A DNA stretch of 64,000 nt, taken from positions 1 to 64,000 of the IMG/VR virus record IMGVR_UViG_3300013121_000016. One strand, 5' to 3'. Positions 20,223-28,263 of this stretch are shown here, piece after piece. Both the position numbers and the translations under genes were made by a program. Under the pieces are notes generated by a model that was not told the origin of the DNA, made no database searches, and worked only from the letters and a program-made list of their open reading frames with translations. The stretch's first letter is position 1; each line of letters starts with the position of its first letter. This stretch comes from a virus (Duplodnaviria > Caudoviricetes).

Positions 20223-21647
20223 TCAGGATGTGATTGCCGGAGCTGTCGTCACTTTCCAACGCTGGAAGGTATCCTTCCATTTGTCGCTGGTCGTTTTCGG
20301 TGAGAACGCGGCATAAACTTCCGCCAACGAGCCTTCGCCCTTCGACAGTAAGTTTGCAGCGATGGCTTCGTTCTTCACCCACTCCGTCCGCATAGACAGG
20401 TGGTTGAGGAGCGCCTCCATCTTCTTCTTTTTGAGAAGCTCAAGTACCACCAGGGTATTCGCCCTTCCTGGACGTACCAGTGCTGGATCGAGGTCTTCCT
20501 TCTTCTCTGCGGATACGCTGCCGAGCACGGATATCTGGGCCTCACCTATGTGAAGCCCTTCCATGAACTCCAGTAGCGGAGTGAGTTGAGCGCTGTTGGT
20601 TATCTGCTGCCCCTCATCGACATAGAGGACAATTTTCTTTGTCCCCTTTTTCGAATTGATGTGAGAGAGGAGCACAGCCTTTCCGGTCGGCTTAGTGATC
20701 TCATTGATTGTGGCGTAATCCAGCCGGATGATGCTCGTGTCAGGTTCTGCTGCAAGCACACGAGCCGCCACATTTGAGGACAACACTGTTTTACCACGGC
20801 CAGTCTTGCCAATGATAAGCACATTACGTCCTTGCAGCAACTGATCGGCATAGTAATCCACTAATTCCCCTGTGGGAACGTGGTACATAGCATCGCCAAT
20901 CGGCGTCGTTACCGTGTTGAAGGACAGATTTAGTGTTGTCGTGTCAGCATGGTGGTAGCCAAACGGCACAGATACAAAACTCGGGGTAAGTGCACCAGGA
21001 TGTTGCACCAATTCCAGAATTTTGAGCGAGCCCCCCACTACTGGCTGTTCCGCAGCTATCAGTTCGGCCAGCAAATGTGCCGACTTAACACTGTTATACA
21101 ACGTGATCTCGCAGTTCTCATCACAGTCCTCATGGGGAATAACGATTTTGAGTTCATGGCCCACGTTAAGCTGACCTGATGTCTCCAAAAACTGAGACAG
21201 ATCAAACTTCTCGGACCGGTAGTGCTTTGCATCCAGCATGGCCCCCTCAAAGATGAGAAGGTGTTTTACGCCTCCATGCGTAATAATTACGCTGGTATTG
21301 TACCCACCAAATGTCTCCGGTGCGGCGTTCAGCATGATGACCTGGTCCACCAGCGTTTGGAGCGTGTTGATCATGTACTTGACCGAGACTGTTCCCGTTC
21401 GCGAGAGCACCCGGTACTTGTTGGTCCCAAGCTCGGAGATTGCCAAAGAAGCTAAGTTAGTCTTTACTATGATCTCGGGTTTGCTTTTCGACCCGAGGGC
21501 TGTGGCAATTTCGCCGAGCACCGAAACCTTGGCCGTGTCGTTTTCTGCGGCGGCTGGTGCAATTTTGTAGATCATGTGCCATGTCGCATATGCTCCCATA
21601 CCGACAATAGCAACGATCCCAATGAAACTCATTATGTCTATGATCAT
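20223..21647 (-). CDS. Membrane-anchored AAA+ ATPase (BCS1-like architecture)
   Basis: N-terminal TM; GKTGRGKT, LYVDEG, LDPALVRPGR. Confidence 0.85.
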   Translation of the reverse strand: MIIDIMSFIGIVAIVGMGAYATWHMIYKIAPAAAENDTAKVSVLGEIATALGSKSKPEIIVKTNLASLAISELGTNKYRVLSRTGTVSVKYMINTLQTLVDQVIMLNAAPETFGGYNTSVIITHGGVKHLLIFEGAMLDAKHYRSEKFDLSQFLETSGQLNVGHELKIVIPHEDCDENCEITLYNSVKSAHLLAELIAAEQPVVGGSLKILELVQHPGALTPSFVSVPFGYHHADTTTLNLSFNTVTTPIGDAMYHVPTGELVDYYADQLLQGRNVLIIGKTGRGKTVLSSNVAARVLAAEPDTSIIRLDYATINEITKPTGKAVLLSHINSKKGTKKIVLYVDEGQQITNSAQLTPLLEFMEGLHIGEAQISVLGSVSAEKKEDLDPALVRPGRANTLVVLELLKKKKMEALLNHLSMRTEWVKNEAIAANLLSKGEGSLAEVYAAFSPKTTSDKWKDTFQRWKVTTAPAITS

Positions 21648-21828
21648 GATAAGCCTTTTAAACGGGCGGAGCGGTGTGCCCTTGGCAAAGGTCAGCGGCC
21701 TTCAAGGCTCAGCAGGAAAGAGTGTAACCTCAAACCTAGAACCCAGTTACCGACCTCCCTCCGGAGACCTACTAGCATCACCGTCCGTATTCCCGAATGC
21801 AGTAACAAGTGGGATTTACAAGGGGTAC

Positions 21829-22335
21829 TCACTGCAACTCCCCCAAGTAACTTATTTGTTTTAATCTGAATTTGATGTGTCGAGCATAATTTTTGTCTTC
21901 TGCATAGCCAACTTTGACTAGCATCTTGATATAATCGTCCTCGGTTTTTACCCAAGGATTCAATTCAAGACGCCGTTTTTGCCACGCAGCATAGTCCTTT
22001 ATGCTCGCTATAAAGTCTGGGTACACGGCGTGATTACGATTTTCCCCGATATCAAAATCCCGGGAATTTGTTTTCATGCCGAACCTGTTGAAGTTTTCCT
22101 TGTAGATATTCGAGCTGAACCAGTCCGTTTCATGGACCTCTTGTGCTAGAACCACACGGGCAAACTTGATATCATATTGCCTAAGGAGCCTATAATGAAT
22201 TCGTAGGAGTTCCTTAGGAGAAAGCGCCTTTATATCCTCTTGCACGCTGATCCATTGGCTTTCCTTAGCCGTTAGATACATACATGCGCCGAGGAGTGTG
22301 AGGTAAACCGTATTTTTTATAAGTCGCGTCAACAT
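21829..22335 (-). CDS. GH73-like glucosaminidase with N-terminal hydrophobic segment
   Basis: LAQEVHET...NRFGMK...SIKDY...GYAEDKNY. Confidence 0.75.
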   Translation of the reverse strand: MLTRLIKNTVYLTLLGACMYLTAKESQWISVQEDIKALSPKELLRIHYRLLRQYDIKFARVVLAQEVHETDWFSSNIYKENFNRFGMKTNSRDFDIGENRNHAVYPDFIASIKDYAAWQKRRLELNPWVKTEDDYIKMLVKVGYAEDKNYARHIKFRLKQISYLGELQ

Positions 22336-22699
22336 GATCAATCACTTTTCGCAGTATTCGGCTTGACAGTCCTCTTAATGCTTGTGCCTCTCCCTTAGTG
22401 GGAGTCAAGCAGGTTTTATCAATTGTGAGTCGACCTGCAATCTTGGCATTCCTTTCCCGCATCCCCAGATTGAGCCGAATTAACGCGTAAGCGTCGGAAC
22501 GCTCACTTTGCATTTCTTCGAGTGCAATGGCACGGCACCTGGAGTACACACTCGGATCGACGACATTGATTTCCGCAAACTGTCGAAGCGTTTTCAGCGG
22601 AAGCAAACGCGTATCGGACATACGCGTGCCTTCAATCCGCGTCCCATTGAGTGTCAACTCAAGTCGCACTCTGTTAAACAAACTCACGATTACGGGCAT
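22265..22699 (-). CDS. Hypothetical protein
   Basis: Operon-packed ORF. Confidence 0.5.
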   Translation of the reverse strand: MPVIVSLFNRVRLELTLNGTRIEGTRMSDTRLLPLKTLRQFAEINVVDPSVYSRCRAIALEEMQSERSDAYALIRLNLGMRERNAKIAGRLTIDKTCLTPTKGEAQALRGLSSRILRKVIDHVDATYKKYGLPHTPRRMYVSNG

Positions 22700-23475
22700 G
22701 GCGGAACGATGATTTTAACGAGTGGGGGAGCGGGCACATGGATCTTTGGAACGGCGATTCTTGGTTCTGCTCTGATCGTTGCGATATCATTACACAACTT
22801 TAACAGCTGCGTCTCTACGCAGGTCTTGTTGTGAGTCCTCACCTGAGGATAGACTCGGTTACCGTCCACACTGAGTGATTCTGAACTTGTCCAGTGAGTC
22901 AAAGCCTCATGCGCTTCTTGCGCCGACCTGAAGGTGAGGCCAAATAACTCGAATGTTGGAGAAGTCGGCTCGAGGACTGTCGTCCCTACCGCGCGCCCCG
23001 CATAATAATGTTCGATGAAATGCATCACTTTTCCACCAAGAGCCGCAACAGTGCCCTTGGTCAACCGGTGTTCTACGATTGGTGAAATTCGGGGCGTGTA
23101 CCCCGTGAGATCGCTGGTGTGCACCAAGAGGTTGTCCGATGAGTGAGATACTCTCATCGGCAGGTCCATAACAAAATTTGTGATGTCATAGCCAGCATGA
23201 GGCCGACCGATCCCGCATTGCTGCTGAATCATTTGTGCCTGATGTGCCGACCAAGGAGAAGGGAAGCGTACCAGTACAAAGTCTGACCGACGCACTTGCC
23301 GATCTTTCCATTGGATGCAGACCCTTCCATGGAGGGACTTGCCCTGCATAGTAAGGCGAATCCAGGAGCCGCCCGTCATGAAAGTTTCCTTTCCTTCCAC
23401 CATCACTGGCTTCGAAGGTGTAAAATATGCATCTGACGAGGTGAAAATGTGCCTCAAATATTGAATTACGGTCAT
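22690..23475 (-). CDS. Hypothetical protein
   Basis: 261-aa ORF with AT-rich start. Confidence 0.65.
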   Translation of the reverse strand: MTVIQYLRHIFTSSDAYFTPSKPVMVEGKETFMTGGSWIRLTMQGKSLHGRVCIQWKDRQVRRSDFVLVRFPSPWSAHQAQMIQQQCGIGRPHAGYDITNFVMDLPMRVSHSSDNLLVHTSDLTGYTPRISPIVEHRLTKGTVAALGGKVMHFIEHYYAGRAVGTTVLEPTSPTFELFGLTFRSAQEAHEALTHWTSSESLSVDGNRVYPQVRTHNKTCVETQLLKLCNDIATIRAEPRIAVPKIHVPAPPLVKIIVPPCP

Positions 23476-23489
23476 TATACTAAAATTTT

Positions 23490-23526
23490 AAAAAAAGGGT
23501 GCCCTCTCGTTTGAAGACACCCTTTT
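23490..23526 (-). terminator. Intrinsic terminator
   Basis: AAAAGGGTG..CACCCTTTT with T-run. Confidence 0.6.
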
Positions 23527-23544
23527 CATGAGAGGTGGGATTAG

Positions 23545-24714
23545 TTAGTCAACCAACTGGGCATCCTCGGCTTTCGGTGCTTCGGTTGCCGGAACTTCGG
23601 CCAACGCGGCCAGGTCCTGTTTGATCAGATCCATGTCCTCCATGAACCGTGTTTGGATGAGCTCGATGCGACGGGAAGTGCTTGCCATGTAGGTCGCCTT
23701 TGTGTTGACGGAAATGGGAGCACTGTTCATCACCTTGGCGGGCGCATCAACCACAGCAGCGGGCGCATCAACCGGAGCAACCGGGGCAACAGGAACATCG
23801 ACAGGCGCGGCCTGCGTGTCTGCTGTAGGTGCCGGTACTTCGGCGGCAGGAGCTGTAGGTGCCTGGGCTTGTACTTGGTCGCCTTGTGCTTTCGCGAGAG
23901 CGGCCGCCACCTCTTCGGCACTCGCCACTTCCGCTTCCTTCAGGTCGGCTCCGAGGAATTGGGCGATTGCTGCGGCAGCAGCCTCCTTTTCCTCGTCGCT
24001 ACTTTCGCCAAAAGCGGTGACGCACGATTCGACGAACTCGCGAACCGTCGGCTCCGATGCCGTCAAGTCGGCGAGCAGGCCGCTGATCGTTTCGGCGTCG
24101 GCTGCGATAACGGTGAGCAATTCCTCGGCTGCGGCCTCTGCGAACAAGGCAAAGCAGGCATTCTCATGCTTTGCTGCCCACGCCTTTGCGTTAGCTTCTG
24201 CGGTCCCTTCCAGCGCCTCTTTTGCCCACTCGAGGACGATTGCGTGGATCTTCGCCACATCCTCGGTTGGCACGAGGCTACCGGTAGCCGGGTCCGGAAT
24301 GTTGAGGGGGAACGGAAGTCCGAGTTGCTCCTTGGTGAAAGAGGCTGGATCGGTGACGGTAATGATGCCGTTGATAACGGCGAACTGAGAAACTTTCATA
24401 TATGAATTTGTTTTAATAAGTTCGTAATCAGTAATGTCCTCATTAAAGATTTCTAACATCTTATTTGAGGAAATAACTAAGTGGCCGCCAGAGATATTAT
24501 TATATCTGACAGCCCCCTGGTTTGTTGCCTTTACCAGATAAGTCTTCTTACCCGTGGCGAAATGATTAGTACAAGTTCCAACTGGCAGTTCTATAAATTG
24601 TTTATGACTGCGAGGTTTACGAGTACTCAAGACATAAAGCGTCCCGTTTACCCTAAACCCTGGCCGATACTTGTTCTCATCAAATGCGTCCTGATAAGTA
24701 AAGAGCCTTATCAT
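23545..24714 (-). CDS. Ala/Glu/Pro-rich protein; probable internal start at 24399 (284-aa form)
   Basis: ATGA-coupled ATG 24714 and AT-rich ATG 24399 lie in one frame. Confidence 0.65.
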   Translation of the reverse strand: MIRLFTYQDAFDENKYRPGFRVNGTLYVLSTRKPRSHKQFIELPVGTCTNHFATGKKTYLVKATNQGAVRYNNISGGHLVISSNKMLEIFNEDITDYELIKTNSYMKVSQFAVINGIITVTDPASFTKEQLGLPFPLNIPDPATGSLVPTEDVAKIHAIVLEWAKEALEGTAEANAKAWAAKHENACFALFAEAAAEELLTVIAADAETISGLLADLTASEPTVREFVESCVTAFGESSDEEKEAAAAAIAQFLGADLKEAEVASAEEVAAALAKAQGDQVQAQAPTAPAAEVPAPTADTQAAPVDVPVAPVAPVDAPAAVVDAPAKVMNSAPISVNTKATYMASTSRRIELIQTRFMEDMDLIKQDLAALAEVPATEAPKAEDAQLVD

Positions 24715-25892
24715 ACGAGGTGAAATTTTCCGCCACTTCTGATACAAACCGCCGCTAAATCAGCATTTTGCTGTTCGATTGAAATGGCCGTTACAGGAAT
24801 GGATATTTCAATTGCAGGATCAATGTAATCCTGACCGTCGTTTACAATGATAATCTCGGGCTCAATGCCTTCGATTTCAAATGGCCCGATCTTGTTTTGT
24901 AACAAGTCGGTCTGTAATGTTTGGAGGCAGTACGCAATGTCTGTGCTGCCTCCTTCTGGTTCTTTCCAGTTGTTGTACAGATCGTCAGCCTTTTCGGCTG
25001 TATCAACGAGCTGCCATTCGTCGATTGTATCTTCGAATGTGGAGATGTAGATGCGCGCATTGTCATTCTTGACTTCCTCTCCCATCGTGAACAGCATGGC
25101 GCGTACAACGCCTTGCTTATACGTGTATGACATGGAGCCAGAACGGTCGATCAGGATAATGTAAACCTTTTTATCGCCCTCTATACGCTTGTAGCGCACG
25201 GGAACGGACACCTCCTGCCTGACGAGGTTAAGAAGGAAATCAGGGCGCATTTGATCGATCAGGGACACGCGCGGAAAGTCTCTTATAGACTCTATGCGCT
25301 CCATCTCGATATGGTCCCCGTCAATCGACCTCTTTGGTCGCTGAGAAGATTTCGCCTTGAAGCCTATCGATGTAAGAACACCGAGCCCCATGATAAGAGC
25401 TTTCTGCTCATCAGTAAGCTCTCCTACTACATCAGTAATAGGGCGGTTCAGGTCTGGCAGATGACCACCACCACGAGACGCGTAGTTGCGCTTAGCTTCC
25501 TCAAGCCCCTTTGAAAGGGCTTTGGCGTTGCGGCGATTGATTTTTCTGATGGTTTCCTTTTGAGACGGGGAATACCAATCCCGCTCTTCGTGCTCCTTTG
25601 TAGCTTCGCGGATGGCCGCATAATTGAGGGCTTTGTCAATTATAGACTGCCCAGGTATTTCACTAAATGTTAAGTCATTGATCTCCTTGTGAAGATCCGC
25701 GGCTCGTTGAATTTCATGGGGCTTAAAGTCCGACAACAGTCGCATGGCGTCTGTACGATTCCCGCCCATGGCTTCCCACGAGAGCGAGTCTGCCAGACCT
25801 TTGACAAGGACAGGATCCCCCAGCTTTATTTTTGCTTTTATATCGCCTAGGGTGACACCGTCCCATTTCGGGTGCGGATCGGAGATTATCAT
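24711..25892 (-). CDS. vWA (MIDAS) domain protein, ViaA/CoxE-like
   Basis: IILIDRSGSMS, GGSTDI, IIVNDG. Confidence 0.85.
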   Translation of the reverse strand: MIISDPHPKWDGVTLGDIKAKIKLGDPVLVKGLADSLSWEAMGGNRTDAMRLLSDFKPHEIQRAADLHKEINDLTFSEIPGQSIIDKALNYAAIREATKEHEERDWYSPSQKETIRKINRRNAKALSKGLEEAKRNYASRGGGHLPDLNRPITDVVGELTDEQKALIMGLGVLTSIGFKAKSSQRPKRSIDGDHIEMERIESIRDFPRVSLIDQMRPDFLLNLVRQEVSVPVRYKRIEGDKKVYIILIDRSGSMSYTYKQGVVRAMLFTMGEEVKNDNARIYISTFEDTIDEWQLVDTAEKADDLYNNWKEPEGGSTDIAYCLQTLQTDLLQNKIGPFEIEGIEPEIIIVNDGQDYIDPAIEISIPVTAISIEQQNADLAAVCIRSGGKFHLV

Positions 25893-26908
25893 TTGTAGAG
25901 CGTCGATTGTAAGTATTCTGCTTCCATTTGCGCCTTCTTATCAGCCAACTCGGTGGTAGCTTTCGCGATCTTGTCGAGCAGTCTATCGTCCGGGCTCGGA
26001 TATCGATTGAGCTCGTCAATCGCTTTTTTGACATCCTTGGCTGATGGAGATTTAGTCCCAAGTAAGGTCTTGGCTTCGTTGAGCCAGTGGTTGATGTGTT
26101 TGATTCGGTCTTGTGCGGAATCAATCTTTACGAACTCCTCGTACAAGCCGGGGTTGGTCGCGCACTCATTGAAGTGTTTCAAGGACTGGATGCCGGACAT
26201 TCCGTATGATTGTGCCATCTTTATGGCACTCCGCGGCGATATCATTTGGCCGGCATTGAATGCTTTTTCCATCATCTGACAGAAAGCATCGCTCTTGGTG
26301 TTCAAAACAATCTCGATCATTTTGGCGTAATGGTCGGCTGTATACGCGGGCCACACTACGCGGTTATGGATAGGAAAGCGATCAATGAGAGCCTCGTATG
26401 AGTCTCTTTTTAGGTTGTCACCGGATGCCGCCCACTTCATCGGGTCCACGTTTGTGGGCGCAACAACAAACTTGCATTTGCTTTGATAGCAGGCTTTCCC
26501 CCCGGCACAGTACTCACCGGACTCGAGTATATCCTTGAGCATCTGGATTATGACCATGGGCGCATCAAGAAACTCCTCAAAGCGTGCTGCTTTGAAGTCG
26601 AGAAATGATCCCTCGAGATTGTAATTGAGCACGCCCTTCTGGAGGTCCTCCATTATTGGCACGCCAAAGAGGTGTTCCTCTTTCGTGGCATACGAAAACT
26701 GCGCTTTGTAAATGTCCTTCGAGTCGAAGAACACCTTCAAAAACGCATCGGAAAGCTGTGTCTTCCCATGGCCTTTTGGTCCGAATAGGATAACGTTTCC
26801 AGCAATTCCAATTGTGGAGAGCTCGTAGCCGGCAAACATTGCGGCCACCGCCTCTTCCACGAACACAAACTTTTTGCCCAATTGGGCTTGCACTTCTTTC
26901 AGCGTCAT
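25889..26908 (-). CDS. MoxR/RavA-like AAA+ ATPase
   Basis: GPKGHGKT, TKEEHLFG, FEEFLD, PTN, ALIDRF; adjacent to vWA gene. Confidence 0.85.
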   Translation of the reverse strand: MTLKEVQAQLGKKFVFVEEAVAAMFAGYELSTIGIAGNVILFGPKGHGKTQLSDAFLKVFFDSKDIYKAQFSYATKEEHLFGVPIMEDLQKGVLNYNLEGSFLDFKAARFEEFLDAPMVIIQMLKDILESGEYCAGGKACYQSKCKFVVAPTNVDPMKWAASGDNLKRDSYEALIDRFPIHNRVVWPAYTADHYAKMIEIVLNTKSDAFCQMMEKAFNAGQMISPRSAIKMAQSYGMSGIQSLKHFNECATNPGLYEEFVKIDSAQDRIKHINHWLNEAKTLLGTKSPSAKDVKKAIDELNRYPSPDDRLLDKIAKATTELADKKAQMEAEYLQSTLYK

Positions 26909-27028
26909 TATGTATTTAATTTAATTTCAAAAAATTGGAACCGCCCTGATGGCTGCTATCACTCCCAGTGATTAAAGTGGCCTAGGTCTCACCCGCAAGC
27001 CCATCATTATTGGGCGGCTCCGCAGCTC

Positions 27029-27322
27029 TTACAGTATAATCGGGGATGGTCCGAATCCGGACAGCTCATCAAACAGCGTACACAGATCGCGACAGAGGCC
27101 TTCGCCTTTATCAGTGATCGCGTAGTGGTGAGGGGCTCCCGGGCCTCTAGGACCCGGGATGTTTATTGTTCTTACGCATCTCCTTGACACAAGCTCGTCA
27201 AGGATACACCATACTCGATTAGGTTTCACGGGCATCGCTGCTGCAATACCTTTTACCGTACACGGGCCTTCTAACCAGACCTTAAGCAAGATCAGACATT
27301 CAATAGCTCGTGAATCCCTCAT
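27029..27322 (-). CDS. Winged-helix (PadR/MarR-like) DNA-binding protein
   Basis: CTVKGIAAAM...ILDELV...HHYAITDKG. Confidence 0.65.
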   Translation of the reverse strand: MRDSRAIECLILLKVWLEGPCTVKGIAAAMPVKPNRVWCILDELVSRRCVRTINIPGPRGPGAPHHYAITDKGEGLCRDLCTLFDELSGFGPSPIIL

Positions 27323-28110
27323 CTGTCAAATCGATGCAGGTCATACTTCTCGATTACCCCTATCAGCTTGCTGGCGTAGGCTTTATCGGTAGCGTAGCCG
27401 GCCGTACGTAGGCCTACCGCCCACTTCCTGTAGTCCTTACCATATTTTTTGAGCTTTGAATAACGCCCGCCCGCTAACATCAGACTATGAGCGCGCCAGC
27501 TTTCCCAGGCATTTCCAAACTTCTTGAAGTAGTCCTTATGTGAATCATCACTGGCATTAATACAGTGTCCAGCTTTACACCTTTTGGAAAAACATTTTAT
27601 GCCGAAATGGTTGTTTGCCTTTACAGCAAGTCTGCTTGTCCCTGCTCCACTCTCAATTAACCCTTGTGCAAGGCTGATGCTGGCGGGAATGCCGTACTTT
27701 TTCATTTCCAGCACAGCAATCTTTTTAAACCTATCAATGTAGGCAGTCGCCTGGTCCTCCTTCAGGGAGCTCACTGGCCGTGGGGCCGCGGACTCATCAG
27801 GGATTTCTTCCTTCTTTTTCTCGTTTTTCTTTTCAGGATATGGGAGAGTGACTTCCTTTTTTTCTTCCGGTAGTGGGGGGCGATCGATTATCCGCGGTAC
27901 CTCCATATTGGCCATACTGGCCTGATAGGAGAGCGTCGCGTCCTTGTAGGACTGCAGGGTAAACCCTATGCCAAAGAGGATGAAAATGCCCATTACGTGC
28001 CACGTACGCGGCTGGAATGGGGTGAAAAATACTTTCACGCATATCAGTGAAATAGCGCGAGTCAACAGGGACGTGGGTGAATTAACATCCACTTTTTTTT
28101 GTAGTTTCAT
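27319..28110 (-). CDS. GH73 (FlgJ-type) glucosaminidase with TM anchor
   Basis: YGIPASISLAQGLIESGAG.SRLA..ANNHFGIKC, GYATDKAYASKL. Confidence 0.9.
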   Translation of the reverse strand: MKLQKKVDVNSPTSLLTRAISLICVKVFFTPFQPRTWHVMGIFILFGIGFTLQSYKDATLSYQASMANMEVPRIIDRPPLPEEKKEVTLPYPEKKNEKKKEEIPDESAAPRPVSSLKEDQATAYIDRFKKIAVLEMKKYGIPASISLAQGLIESGAGTSRLAVKANNHFGIKCFSKRCKAGHCINASDDSHKDYFKKFGNAWESWRAHSLMLAGGRYSKLKKYGKDYRKWAVGLRTAGYATDKAYASKLIGVIEKYDLHRFDR

Positions 28111-28263
28111 GACTGAACTAAGAGTTTGAGTTAAAAAATCGTGTTTCTTGTAGCCCTGACAATGGGCAATCAAGTTGTTTACCACAAGAAACACGGATAA
28201 CCTCATACTCCTTTTAGTATGAGGGGCAATAGTGGAGGGCCCATTAAATTAAAACTGCTATGT

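Noticed and set aside
23653-24405. Long plus-strand ORFs (250 and 228 aa)
   Set aside because: Antisense shadows of the GC-rich Ala-rich gene, with no start context.
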